From IMG/VR virus record IMGVR_UViG_3300030330_006619, positions 126,094-190,093 of that record: 64,000 nucleotides of DNA. One strand, given 5' to 3'. A program made the position numbers and the translations under genes. Shown here in pieces: positions 19,180-29,253 of this stretch. The stretch's first letter is position 1. Every line of letters begins with the position of its first letter. The stretch is from a virus. Its lineage: Duplodnaviria > Caudoviricetes. Below the pieces are notes generated by a model. It searched no databases. It saw nothing but the letters and a program-made list of their open reading frames with translations, and was not told the origin of the DNA.

Positions 19180-20337
19180 ATGGAGGAAGACAGGTTCAGA
19201 GGGGGCTTTACTTCAGTTGGGTCGATAGAGTTCAACGAAAGAAAAAAATATTTAGATTACCTGAGAGCTTCGGGCTATAATTTAATAGATACCCACAACA
19301 CACACAAACTATATGGCCTTGTAAATAGCAAATACAATGTGATTATGCCGAACGTACCAGAGCTATATCCCTTTGGTGATTATTCTCAAGATATACAAGG
19401 AATTAATTTTGTGGTTTCCCAGTTTAATAAATTTAAGGATTTTTATAATGAGGTAATTGCACTTTCAAGCGTACGCCCTCCAAGTTTAATTTCGGACCTT
19501 GTGCCGACAAAAGCGTATAAAAACTTTGAAACCGAATATTTGCAACATCAACTAACATTTTTGAATACTTTATTAAACCAGGTTTTTGAGAAGAATAATA
19601 ATAGCCCTTTGATTGATTCAAACACTTTTTACGAACTATTCACAGACAGTATATTTTCTGAAGAAATGTCGGACTTTCCCGTGACAAAATCGGGTTTTGC
19701 AATTTCCCCTCTTTGTGATATTTTCTGTACAGGTCTGTACGTTGATTTGGGCCAAGAATATTCACCACATTTGGATCAACTGAAAGTAGACTTAATAAAA
19801 GACCCGGGCTTTGAATGCTATGTAGAATATGCTAATGCGTTTGGTTTTCACGTAGATGCAAATAACCCTTGGAGGATGATAGCAAACCCATTTTCAGCTC
19901 CAATGAAAGAAAATATTCTGAATAATAGGTCTGTTAACATATTTGAAGACTTTTATAGTAATGAATATTTATTCAAAGTCTCTTTAAACGGAGGCGGCGG
20001 AGGCGGTGATTTTGCTGCACTAAAAGCATTTTATAACAAAGCCTTTATAGAGTTTAACATGAGATACAATCCCGGTGCCGAGGCTGCAGTTTTTTACCCC
20101 AAGACTACCGCTTTTTGGTTAGGCATCTTAATTAAGAATAAACTTAGAGAGTTCGGCTTATTAAATCAAGACATTTCAAAAAATCCTAATGAAAGTGAAA
20201 AACAAAATTATCAGACTATTTTGAATAATTCACTTGACAGATACCGCCTATATGGGTTAACATCTATATCTGGAGCTGAAGGTTACATCATGGAATATTT
20301 TTCCAACATACTAAAATCCCGAATGCTTGAAGGATAA
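19180..20337 (+). CDS. hypothetical protein
   Basis: 385-aa ORF abutting the hub gene; no motif recognised. Confidence 0.7.
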   Translation: MEEDRFRGGFTSVGSIEFNERKKYLDYLRASGYNLIDTHNTHKLYGLVNSKYNVIMPNVPELYPFGDYSQDIQGINFVVSQFNKFKDFYNEVIALSSVRPPSLISDLVPTKAYKNFETEYLQHQLTFLNTLLNQVFEKNNNSPLIDSNTFYELFTDSIFSEEMSDFPVTKSGFAISPLCDIFCTGLYVDLGQEYSPHLDQLKVDLIKDPGFECYVEYANAFGFHVDANNPWRMIANPFSAPMKENILNNRSVNIFEDFYSNEYLFKVSLNGGGGGGDFAALKAFYNKAFIEFNMRYNPGAEAAVFYPKTTAFWLGILIKNKLREFGLLNQDISKNPNESEKQNYQTILNNSLDRYRLYGLTSISGAEGYIMEYFSNILKSRMLEG

Positions 20338-20342
20338 TTGCT

Positions 20343-21470
20343 TTGATACAAAATTTGGATATAAGAAACAATTGTTTTGGTATTTTCTACCAAAATGATT
20401 TTATTTTTGAAAAAACTAAAATTGAAAATGCCACAAAGGAGTGCACCAGCTCTTGGACCCATTCCCCGGGGCTAAATGATGAAGAGAGAACTTTTCTTTT
20501 TGTTGTCTCCAAAGGGGAAGATATTTCAAATTACATGGACGATTCAGACGAATATTTAGCACTATGTAAAACTCTTGAGGCACAAAAAAAAGCAGCAATT
20601 AGTGCAAAAATAAACTTGACAGATACTTGTTTCTTTGATATTATACCATATAAACAATTAAAAAAATGGTTTGCCCATAGAGCCACCGCACTTAAAAATA
20701 TTTTGTCAACTATGGAAAAGACAGAAGACTATGACATTTTACATAAATGTCACGTATTAACAACTGAAATAGCTCACGAAACCCTTAACTATGGGGGCTC
20801 TACCAAAAGAGTAAAATATGATATTTTTGGATCTGCCACCGGTCGAATGACAACAAAAAAAGGAAGTTTTCCAATTTTAAACTTAAAAAAAGATGATAGA
20901 GCAAATCTTAAGCCCAAAAATGATCTGTATGTTGAACTAGATTTCAACGGCGCCGAAATCAGAACTCTTCTATGGTTTTCAGGAAAAGAACAGCCAAATT
21001 ATGATATACATGAATTTAATAAGCAAGTTTTCGCGAAAAATGAATTATCAAGACAAGATGTAAAAGAAAAATTTTTTGCATGGCTCTACAACCCAAATGC
21101 GACTGATCAAAAACTACAGAGTATCTATAACAAACAGGCATATGAAAAACATTACAAAAACGGTGTGGTGACCACACCTTTTGGTAGGATGTTGGAAGTC
21201 GACGAAAAGAAGGCTTTGAATTACCTTATTCAATCTACGACATCAGATCTTGTTATGGAGAATTGTTATAAAATTATGAAAAAATTAAAAGATAAAAAAT
21301 CTTTCGTGGCTTTCACACTTCATGACTCTGTTGTATTGGACTTTGATAGGTCAGAGGTTTCACTTGTACCAGAAATAAAAAAGATTTTCGAAACAACCCG
21401 GTGTGGCAGTTTTGTTAGCAACTGTTCTGCCGGCTTAAACTTTGGCGCACTTAAGGAAATAAAGATTTGA
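20343..21470 (+). CDS. polA: minimal family A DNA polymerase
   Basis: SATGRM; motif A LDFNGAEIR; motif B RQDVKEKFFAWLY; TPFGR; ALNYLIQST; motif C LHDSVV. Confidence 0.75.
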   Translation: MIQNLDIRNNCFGIFYQNDFIFEKTKIENATKECTSSWTHSPGLNDEERTFLFVVSKGEDISNYMDDSDEYLALCKTLEAQKKAAISAKINLTDTCFFDIIPYKQLKKWFAHRATALKNILSTMEKTEDYDILHKCHVLTTEIAHETLNYGGSTKRVKYDIFGSATGRMTTKKGSFPILNLKKDDRANLKPKNDLYVELDFNGAEIRTLLWFSGKEQPNYDIHEFNKQVFAKNELSRQDVKEKFFAWLYNPNATDQKLQSIYNKQAYEKHYKNGVVTTPFGRMLEVDEKKALNYLIQSTTSDLVMENCYKIMKKLKDKKSFVAFTLHDSVVLDFDRSEVSLVPEIKKIFETTRCGSFVSNCSAGLNFGALKEIKI

Positions 21471-22327
21471 AAAATATTTTAGGAATAGGAAAAGCAGGCT
21501 TTAACATAGTAAAAGAACTTGGAAAGCACAAAAATTACAAGCCTTTTGTCATCTCAAAGCATGTCACAAACAAGACAAAATATCGATACCCAACTCCCGA
21601 CTTAGACAGTCCAGAAGATTTTGAAAATTTGAATTTTGATAAATTGGGAGAATGGCTCTCCACAATAAAAGATTCATGCACTGTGTTTTTATGTGGAGCC
21701 TCGCTTACAACTGGCTTAACACTTAGGGTTTTAGAGAATTTTTACAAGAGAAGTGTAAAAGTGGAAGTTGTGTATATATCACCAGAAGTCGAAGTATTAT
21801 CAAAGACAAAATTTCTGAATCAAAGGGTTGTAATGGGTGTTTTACAAAATTATGCTCGCTCCGGTTTGCTCGAAAACATTTATCTTGCTTCTAATGAATA
21901 CCTTGAACAATTGTCTGGCCCAACTAATGTTTACGATTATTTTGACCAAATTAATAAAGTGCTGACTAATACATATTATATGTTAGACGTCTTTAAAAAC
22001 ACTAAACCTATCACATCTACTTTTACAAAGCCCGGAATCGCGAATAGGATTAGGACTTTCGGCGTCGGATCAATTGAAGGTGAGGATGTATTATTTTTTC
22101 CCTTTAAAGATGAGGTAGAAGTGGTATATTATTTCGCAATAAACGAGAAAAAGCTAAAAACAGAAGAGAACCTGTTCAGAAAGTTGACAGATAAAGTAAA
22201 ATCAAAAATCACAAAACAAAGAAAGGTTTCATTTGGGATCTTTCCGACAAACTACGAAGAAGACTACGTTTACGTAGAATATTTATCTCCAATAATTCAG
22301 GAAATAAATATTGACAAACAACAATAA
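21467..22327 (+). CDS. divergent tubulin/FtsZ-like protein (PhuZ/TubZ-like)
   Basis: N-terminal ILGIGKAGFNIV; SNEYL matches DN..L; F..IN helix; GGGTG signature degenerate (CGASLTTG). Confidence 0.55.
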   Translation: MKNILGIGKAGFNIVKELGKHKNYKPFVISKHVTNKTKYRYPTPDLDSPEDFENLNFDKLGEWLSTIKDSCTVFLCGASLTTGLTLRVLENFYKRSVKVEVVYISPEVEVLSKTKFLNQRVVMGVLQNYARSGLLENIYLASNEYLEQLSGPTNVYDYFDQINKVLTNTYYMLDVFKNTKPITSTFTKPGIANRIRTFGVGSIEGEDVLFFPFKDEVEVVYYFAINEKKLKTEENLFRKLTDKVKSKITKQRKVSFGIFPTNYEEDYVYVEYLSPIIQEINIDKQQ

Positions 22328-22339
22328 ATAAGATATTAT
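22311..22339 (+). promoter_or_regulatory. sigma70-type promoter
   Basis: TTGACA-17-TATTAT upstream of the SSB gene. Confidence 0.75.
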
Positions 22340-22422
22340 ATAATCAGTTGGTCAGGACATTTGCTGACCTGCTATAGCCGAGAGTGTGCAAAAAAACAAC
22401 AAACCAATAGGAGGTATTAATT

Positions 22423-23172
22423 ATGGCACTTAATTTAGACGCAATGAAAGCGAAGTTAGATAAACTTAATGGAAAGGGTGACGGAGGTAAGAAAAACTTC
22501 TGGCGTCCTGAAGAAGGAGAAAGCAATATTCGTATTGTTTCCACTCCAGATGGTGACCCTTTCAAAGAGAAGTTCTTCCACTATGGAATCGGTGGACAGT
22601 CTTTTCTATGCCCGAAGCGAAACTTCGGGGATGACTGTCCAGCATGCAATTTTGCAAACAAGCTCTGGAACGAGGGAACAGAAGAAAGCAAGCGGCAAGC
22701 AAAAGAAATGTTTGCAAAGCAAAGATTCTTCTCACCAGTCTTGGTGAGAGGCGAGGAATCAGAAGGTATTCGAGTTTGGGGCTATGGAAAAATGGCCTAT
22801 GAAAAATTGCTCACCATCGTTTTGGATCCAGACTATGGAGACATTACAGACCCAGATACTGGTAATGACCTAAAACTAATGTACGGTAAACTTCCAGGTG
22901 CAAGCTTTCCGCGTACGGATATCCGACCCCGGCCGAGAAAAACTGTATTATGTGATGATGCCGTCGGCGGAGATGAGCGCTGTGCGGAATTACTAGAGAC
23001 AATTCCAAATTTTGATGAAATCTTTGAAAGAAAGACAACAGAAGAGGTCCAGTCGATTATGGATCAACACTTAGCTGCGGATACAGGAAATCCATCTGTA
23101 GAAAAGTTTGGCATACCAACAGATACTCAGGACTCTGTAGAAGCTGCATTTAACGATCTGTTAAATCAGTAG
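22423..23172 (+). CDS. single-stranded DNA-binding protein (gp32-like)
   Basis: FWRP..G...IRI, H...C...CPAC zinc motif, DYGDITDP..G.D, acidic tail ending AFNDLL; RBS AGGAGG. Confidence 0.85.
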   Translation: MALNLDAMKAKLDKLNGKGDGGKKNFWRPEEGESNIRIVSTPDGDPFKEKFFHYGIGGQSFLCPKRNFGDDCPACNFANKLWNEGTEESKRQAKEMFAKQRFFSPVLVRGEESEGIRVWGYGKMAYEKLLTIVLDPDYGDITDPDTGNDLKLMYGKLPGASFPRTDIRPRPRKTVLCDDAVGGDERCAELLETIPNFDEIFERKTTEEVQSIMDQHLAADTGNPSVEKFGIPTDTQDSVEAAFNDLLNQ

Positions 23173-23180
23173 GGGGCGAT

Positions 23181-24314
23181 ATGGCTAAATCTAAAGTAAC
23201 TAAACTAAAAAAAGGGGCCCTTGATATAACCTCAATTAGAGGTATTATTAATAAAAAGGCAGGAAGAGAAGTCGCCCACTCCCTACAGGATAATAATCCT
23301 ACCGAAGTTAATGAGTGGATCCCTACTGGTTCTCGCTGGTTAGACTCAATCATTTGCAAAGGTAAATTAGCAGGGATCCCAGTTGGTAAAATTTCAGAAA
23401 TTGCGGGACTAGAGGCAACCGGCAAGTCCTTCATGGCTGCACAGATCGCCGGCAACGCCCAAAAAATGGGAATAGATGTCGTGTATTTCGATTCAGAATC
23501 AGCCTTGGATCCGGGATTTTTATCCAGAGCCGGATGTGACCTTGAGCGACTTATGTACGTTCAGGCAGAATCAGTAGAGTTTGTTCTTGAGACTATTGAA
23601 GAATTATTATCAACTGGTAACAAGTGGTTATTTATTTGGGATTCTTTAGCTTTGACCCCTTCTATCTCTGATGTAGAAGGTGATTTTAACCCACAATCTT
23701 CGATGGCGGTAAAGCCTAGAATCCTATCAAAGGGTATGGCGAAATTAACAATTCCAATTGCAGACGCCAATGCCACATTATTAGTTTTAAATCAGCTTAA
23801 AACTAATATGGCGGCCAGAACCCCAGCGGAAGCTATGACTACGCCTTATTTTACCCCAGGAGGCAAGGCAATGTCATATGCTTATTCTCTGAGAGTCTGG
23901 TTAACTGCAAGAAAAGCAAAAGCTTCATTTATTACAGATGATAATGGTTATCGTATTGGATCAGAGGTCAAGGTAAAACTCGAAAAGTCAAGATTTGGCA
24001 CTGCAGGCCGTACTTGCAACTTCAAGATTCTTTGGGGTGATGAAGATATCGGAGTTCAGGACGAGGAGAGTTGGTTTGATGCAATTCAAGTTTCAGACAG
24101 GCTTAAACAGTCTGGTGCATGGTTTACTCTTGTAAAAGATGACGGCTCAGAAGAGAAGTTTCAACGCAAAAACTGGACAACTAAGCTACAGTCGGAAAAC
24201 TTTCGTAATAGTGTATTGACAATCATGGATAATGATGTTATTATGAAATTCAAGAATAGAGAAGGCAATGCAGAAGATTTTTACGATTCAGACGATCCCC
24301 CGACTGAAGAGTAG
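23181..24314 (+). CDS. recA: RecA/UvsX recombinase
   Basis: WIPTGS..LD, Walker A GLEATGKS, DSESALD, WDSL, NQL, TPGGKA. Confidence 0.95.
   Translation: MAKSKVTKLKKGALDITSIRGIINKKAGREVAHSLQDNNPTEVNEWIPTGSRWLDSIICKGKLAGIPVGKISEIAGLEATGKSFMAAQIAGNAQKMGIDVVYFDSESALDPGFLSRAGCDLERLMYVQAESVEFVLETIEELLSTGNKWLFIWDSLALTPSISDVEGDFNPQSSMAVKPRILSKGMAKLTIPIADANATLLVLNQLKTNMAARTPAEAMTTPYFTPGGKAMSYAYSLRVWLTARKAKASFITDDNGYRIGSEVKVKLEKSRFGTAGRTCNFKILWGDEDIGVQDEESWFDAIQVSDRLKQSGAWFTLVKDDGSEEKFQRKNWTTKLQSENFRNSVLTIMDNDVIMKFKNREGNAEDFYDSDDPPTEE
24216..24244 (+). promoter_or_regulatory. sigma70-type promoter inside the 3' end of recA
   Basis: TTGACA-17-TATTAT with TG at the extended -10 position. Confidence 0.5.
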
Positions 24315-24321
24315 CTAACTT

Positions 24322-24352
24322 AAAGCCCGCCTCTAGGCGGGCTTTTATTTTT
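24322..24352 (+). terminator. Rho-independent terminator
   Basis: AAAGCCCGCC-tcta-GGCGGGCTTTT followed by a T tract. Confidence 0.85.
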
Positions 24353-24363
24353 ATGGAGAAATA

Positions 24364-25323
24364 ATGAAGAGATTAATGATAGTAGATGCATATAACCAGT
24401 TTATTCGTGGTTACATCGTAGACCCAAGTAAAAATACAAATGGCTCACCGATTGGTGGCATTCGAACCTTTACAAACATCCTCAACAAACTTACAAGGGA
24501 GATCAAGCCAGATCTTCTTGTTTTGGTGTGGGATGGCAAAGGCGGATCCAAAAAGAGGAGGAGCTTGAATAAGAATTACAAAGGTGGCCGAAAGCCCCCA
24601 AGAACAAATTGGTCCCAAGTTGGTCTAAGTGAAGAGGAAATCTTAGACAACAAAGTGTGGCAACAGATGAGAGTAATAGAATACTTCAATCAAACTCCGG
24701 TGATTCAGTTTATGGAACCCTTGGTGGAAGCTGATGATGTTATCTCGTATGTTAAAAGTTCATTTGGTGACTGGCAAAAAGTTATAGTTTCAGCAGACAA
24801 GGATTTCATTCAGCTCCTTGATGATAAAACAGTACTACACAGGCCAATTCAAAAAGAATACCTAAACAAAAATAATGTTGTAGAGAAGTTTGGTATTCAT
24901 CCAAGAAATTTTGCACTTGCCAGAGCGATTGTTGGCGACCCAAGCGACAACCTTCCAGGTGTTCCCCGCGTTGGAATGGGCACTGTCGCTAAAAGATTCC
25001 CGTTCTTGAAGGAGGAGAAGGATTATTTCCTTTCAGACATTTTAGAAAAGTCTTCAGAAGATGAGAATCTGAAACTCAAACTTTATCAAAACATTATAGA
25101 GTCTCAGAATTTAATTGAGAGTAATTATAACATAATGCAACTATCCTCCCCAATGTTATCAATTCAACTTAAGAAAAAGATTGACGAAACATTCGAAGAC
25201 TATGAGCCACACTATAATCAAACAGAGATGAGAAAGATGATGATTCAAGATGGAGTACTCACCGTCTCCACATCTGACTTAGAACAAAGATTTAATCATA
25301 TGATTACTTCCCTTTTGCAGTAA
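24364..25323 (+). CDS. 5'-3' exonuclease / flap endonuclease (RNase H, T4 rnh-like)
   Basis: IVDAYN, YKGGR, EADDVI, SADKDFIQL, GDPSDNLPGV..VG. Confidence 0.9.
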   Translation: MKRLMIVDAYNQFIRGYIVDPSKNTNGSPIGGIRTFTNILNKLTREIKPDLLVLVWDGKGGSKKRRSLNKNYKGGRKPPRTNWSQVGLSEEEILDNKVWQQMRVIEYFNQTPVIQFMEPLVEADDVISYVKSSFGDWQKVIVSADKDFIQLLDDKTVLHRPIQKEYLNKNNVVEKFGIHPRNFALARAIVGDPSDNLPGVPRVGMGTVAKRFPFLKEEKDYFLSDILEKSSEDENLKLKLYQNIIESQNLIESNYNIMQLSSPMLSIQLKKKIDETFEDYEPHYNQTEMRKMMIQDGVLTVSTSDLEQRFNHMITSLLQ

Positions 25324-25359
25324 AATATGGTAATATACTCCTACATATAAGGACATTTA

Positions 25360-26736
25360 ATGGAACAAGATAAAAACTTTTCAAAATTTGGTAAAACATT
25401 TCAGGAAGACCTCTGTCATCTGATGTTGAATGACAGAGGATTTGCAGATCAGATGTTTGAAGTTTTGGATTTAAATTTTTTAGAACTAAAACACTTGAGG
25501 GTATTTGTCAGAAAAATTAAGGAGTATAGAGATAAATATGGAGTCCACCCCACATCTAATATTATGCATTCCATCCTACGAACAGGTCTGGATGGAGAAG
25601 CAGAGTCAGTCAAAGTTAGAATACGAGAATATTATGCGAGAGTTCTCGCAAACGGAGAGGTACCGGATAGCGCTGATTTTATCAAAGATACTTCACTGGA
25701 TTTCTGCAAAAAACAAAAGCTAAAAGAAGCACTAATAAAGTCGGTTGAGTTGATTAAGTCATCATCGTTTGATGAGGTGTCAAAAGTAATAGACAATGCC
25801 TTAAAGTTAGGGTCAGACAACACTTTGGGTTATGACTATTTAGTCGACTTTGAACAGAGATTTCTAAAAAAGTCCAGGGACCCGATTACTACAGGTTGGG
25901 CAAGTATTGACGAAATTTCAAAAGGAGGGTTAGGAAAAGGTGAATTGGGTGTCGTGGTTGCTCCTACTGGCGCAGGTAAGTCTATGGTTTTGGTACACTT
26001 GGGTGCTCAGGCACTTAAAGAAGGCAAAAATGTCCTCCATTATACTTTGGAGCTTGCTGATACTGTTGTTGGAGGTCGCTATGACTCTGCTATTACTGGT
26101 GTTGAGTTAAAAAATCTGTCGATTTTTAAAGAAAAAATTTATGATGAGATTAAGGATATCACGGGCAAGTTAATTATCAAAGAATATCCAACTAGAAGCG
26201 CCAGTATACAAACAATAAAAAATCATGTTGAGAAGCTAAAAAGGCGAAATTTCACTCCAGACATGATCATTGTGGACTATGGGGACCTGATCAGGCCAGA
26301 AAACAGCAGAAAAGATGAGAAAAGACACCAACTGGAAACTATTTACGAAGAGCTACGAGGAATAGCACAAATTTGCGAGTGTCCACTGTGGACAGCATCA
26401 CAAACCAACCGGTCCGGACTCAATGCTGAAGTGATCACCATGGAATCGATCTCTGAGGCTTTTAATAAGTGCTTCGTAGCTGATTTTATCTTTACGGTCT
26501 CTAGAACTGTAGAGGATAAGAACACTAATACTGGACGTATTTTTATAGCGAAAAATAGAAATGGCCCTGATGGATTGGTGTACCCAATATTTATGGATAC
26601 CAGTAATGTCAAGATCAAAGTCCTGAAGAGGGATAGTGAGACGGTCGAAAATATTTTAAAAAGATCGTCCAGTGAGAGATTAGCATCACTAAAAGAAAAA
26701 TATGCCGCGTTTAAAAAAGAAGGAGGAAGTAAATGA
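25360..26736 (+). CDS. dnaB: replicative DnaB-family helicase (gp41-like)
   Basis: GGLGKGEL, Walker A APTGAGKS, YTLEL, IVDYGDL, TASQTNR, KNRNG. Confidence 0.9.
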   Translation: MEQDKNFSKFGKTFQEDLCHLMLNDRGFADQMFEVLDLNFLELKHLRVFVRKIKEYRDKYGVHPTSNIMHSILRTGLDGEAESVKVRIREYYARVLANGEVPDSADFIKDTSLDFCKKQKLKEALIKSVELIKSSSFDEVSKVIDNALKLGSDNTLGYDYLVDFEQRFLKKSRDPITTGWASIDEISKGGLGKGELGVVVAPTGAGKSMVLVHLGAQALKEGKNVLHYTLELADTVVGGRYDSAITGVELKNLSIFKEKIYDEIKDITGKLIIKEYPTRSASIQTIKNHVEKLKRRNFTPDMIIVDYGDLIRPENSRKDEKRHQLETIYEELRGIAQICECPLWTASQTNRSGLNAEVITMESISEAFNKCFVADFIFTVSRTVEDKNTNTGRIFIAKNRNGPDGLVYPIFMDTSNVKIKVLKRDSETVENILKRSSSERLASLKEKYAAFKKEGGSK

Positions 26737-28595
26737 AATTATCAAACAAAATACTGTCAGATGTGACAGTTCACATGAAGTACGCTAGGTATTTAGAGGA
26801 AGAGAAAAGAAGAGAGACATGGGAAGAGCTTGTCACAAGAAATATGGGTATGCACCTTAAAAAATTCCCACACTTAGAATTACAGATCAGGAAAGCATAT
26901 AAAATGGTGTACGATAAGAAAGTGCTCCCGTCGATGAGATCCATGCAGTTTGGAGGCAAGCCGATTGAAGTTGCTCCAAACCGAATTTTTAATTGTGCTT
27001 TTATGCCAGCCGATGATTGGAGATGTTTTGGGGAGGCCATGTTTCTTCTGCTTGGCGGCACCGGGGTCGGTTATTCAGTTCAGAAACACCATGTAGAGAA
27101 GCTGCCAGAGATTACTAGGCCAAACATGAACAGGACTCGCAGATTTCTTGTAAACGATTCAATTGAGGGATGGGCTGATGCTGTAAAGGCATTAGTTCGA
27201 TCTTATTTTATTGGAGGATCAAGACTCCGATTTGATTATTCTGATATACGCCCGAAAGGTGCTGCTCTCATTACTTCTGGAGGTAAGGCCCCAGGACCAC
27301 AACCACTCAGAGAGTGTTTGGTCAAACTAGAGGGAATGCTCTCACAGAAGGAAAATGGAGATAAACTAACGCCGATCGAAGTACACGATATGATCTGTCA
27401 TATAGCTGACGCTGTGCTGGCAGGCGGTATCCGTAGGGCTGCTCTTATTTCGTTATTTTCTGCAGATGATGAAGATATGATTGCTGCAAAAACAGGGAAT
27501 TGGTGGGAAACCAATCCTCAACGAGGCAGAGCGAACAATTCAGTTGTTCTTTTGAGGCATAAAATAGACAAAGAATATTTTATGAATTTATGGGATCGAG
27601 TAAAAGCTTCTGGCGCTGGAGAGCCTGGGTTTTACTTTTCTAACGATAAAGACTGGGGAACCAACCCTTGCTGCGAAATTGGCTTAAGACCATATCAATT
27701 TTGTAATCTCACCGAGGTTAATGTATCCAACGTAGAGGATCAAGAGGACCTCGATGCGAGGGTAACTGCCGCATCATTCATTGGAACCTTGCAGGCTAGT
27801 TACACAGATTTTCATTATTTGAGGGATATCTGGAGAAGAACTACGGAAAAAGATGCGCTGATTGGAGTCAGCATGACAGGTATAGCCTCAGGTAAAGTTT
27901 TGGGTTTAAACATGAAACAGGCTGCAAATGCTGTGAAGGAAGAAAATAAGAGAGTTGCTGATCTGTTGGGTATTCGCCCTGCAGCAAGGACCACTTGTGT
28001 TAAACCTGCAGGCACTACGTCACTAACACTAGGTACAAGTTCTGGTATTCACGCATGGCATAATGACTACTACATTCGTAGACTTCGAGTTGGAAAGAAC
28101 GAGCCAATTTATGCTTATTTGAGAGATCACCATTCCACGCTAGTTGAGGATGAGTATTTTAGTCCTCACACTACAGCTGTGATCTCAATCCCCCAGAAAG
28201 CACCAGAAGGCTCAATACTTAGAACTGAATCGGCCCTGCAACTCTTAAAGAGAGTTAAAAATGTAACAGATGAGTGGGTTAAGCCTGGATTTAGAAAGGG
28301 CCAAAACACTCATAACATTTCTGCCACCATTTCAATAAAAGATGCTGAATGGGTTGATGTAGGAGAGTGGATGTGGGATAATAGAGATAGCTACAATGGC
28401 TTGTCTGTATTACCTTATGATGGAGGATCCTACACTCAAGCACCCTTTGAGGATTGCTCGAAGGAAACCTATGAAGCAATGATGAAGTCTTTAACAGAAA
28501 TCGACCTTACCAAGGTTGTAGAGGAAGAAGATAACACCGATCTCAAAGGTGAGGTTGCCTGCGCCGGCGGATCGTGCGAAGTAAAATTTGTTTAA
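26733..28595 (+). CDS. nrdJ: class II (B12-dependent) ribonucleotide reductase
   Basis: KYARY...RRETW, FNC, GTNPCCEI, CNLTEVN, TCVKPAGTTS, C-terminal CAGGSC. Confidence 0.9.
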   Translation: MKLSNKILSDVTVHMKYARYLEEEKRRETWEELVTRNMGMHLKKFPHLELQIRKAYKMVYDKKVLPSMRSMQFGGKPIEVAPNRIFNCAFMPADDWRCFGEAMFLLLGGTGVGYSVQKHHVEKLPEITRPNMNRTRRFLVNDSIEGWADAVKALVRSYFIGGSRLRFDYSDIRPKGAALITSGGKAPGPQPLRECLVKLEGMLSQKENGDKLTPIEVHDMICHIADAVLAGGIRRAALISLFSADDEDMIAAKTGNWWETNPQRGRANNSVVLLRHKIDKEYFMNLWDRVKASGAGEPGFYFSNDKDWGTNPCCEIGLRPYQFCNLTEVNVSNVEDQEDLDARVTAASFIGTLQASYTDFHYLRDIWRRTTEKDALIGVSMTGIASGKVLGLNMKQAANAVKEENKRVADLLGIRPAARTTCVKPAGTTSLTLGTSSGIHAWHNDYYIRRLRVGKNEPIYAYLRDHHSTLVEDEYFSPHTTAVISIPQKAPEGSILRTESALQLLKRVKNVTDEWVKPGFRKGQNTHNISATISIKDAEWVDVGEWMWDNRDSYNGLSVLPYDGGSYTQAPFEDCSKETYEAMMKSLTEIDLTKVVEEEDNTDLKGEVACAGGSCEVKFV

Positions 28596-28602
28596 AAAAG
28601 TG

Positions 28603-28631
28603 TTGACATTTTTCGAATATAATGATATTCT
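28603..28631 (+). promoter_or_regulatory. sigma70-type promoter
   Basis: TTGACA-17-TATTCT with extended -10 TG. Confidence 0.7.
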
Positions 28632-28665
28632 ATTAATAGAACTTGGATGAAAAAAAGGAGAAATA

Positions 28666-28941
28666 ATGAGTTCAGACAATTTAGAAAAACCATTGACAAG
28701 AGACGAGCACTTGTCCAACTATATTAGAACATTTGTGGCGATTGAGGAGGCAATTGAGCCTTATAAGGACCAAAGAAGAGACTTGCGAGAATCATATGCT
28801 GAAAATGGATGGCTCTCAAAAGAAGAAATGAGGCTTGCAGTTAAGGCATACAGACTGTATAAATCCGAGACGGATATGGAGATGTTGTCGGACTACGTGA
28901 CAAAGTGTCAGAAATCAGTAAGGAGGGGGCCAGGTGTCTAA
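28666..28941 (+). CDS. small helical protein, possibly a GapR/DsbA-like DNA-binding protein
   Basis: Coiled-coil then 'G..K.EM..AV' pattern; RBS AAGGAG. Confidence 0.45.
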   Translation: MSSDNLEKPLTRDEHLSNYIRTFVAIEEAIEPYKDQRRDLRESYAENGWLSKEEMRLAVKAYRLYKSETDMEMLSDYVTKCQKSVRRGPGV

Positions 28942-29248
28942 AGTTTTTGAGGGATTGAAGCCTACAAATCGCCACTTACTAATAATCCCACATTTCAAAG
29001 AAAAGAAATCCGATTCCGGTGTTCTCCTTCCAGAAGACTATAGCACCGAAGAAGAGAGGTTTATCGAGGCGACAGTAGTCAAGGCTGCAGAAGACTGCGC
29101 AAGAGGGATCCGTTCTTCTATTTTTAATGAATCGGGTTCACCAAATATTGTGGTAGATCGCTCAATGATACAAGAAATAAAGATTAGAGACAAAACTCAC
29201 TATATGATTTTAGAAAATTATGTAATGGGTGTCTTTGGTAGGTGGTAA
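28934..29248 (+). CDS. groES: co-chaperonin GroES-like
   Basis: LKPTNRHLLI, mobile loop SGVLLP, C-terminal YMILENYVMG. Confidence 0.7.
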   Translation: MSKVFEGLKPTNRHLLIIPHFKEKKSDSGVLLPEDYSTEEERFIEATVVKAAEDCARGIRSSIFNESGSPNIVVDRSMIQEIKIRDKTHYMILENYVMGVFGRW

Positions 29249-29253
29249 GAACG

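Noticed and set aside
21467-22327. Nucleus-forming (chimallin) jumbo phage inferred from the tubulin-like gene
   Set aside because: No recognisable chimallin or multisubunit phage RNAP in the window; sigma70 promoters and T4-like neck/tail genes argue against a phiKZ-type lifestyle
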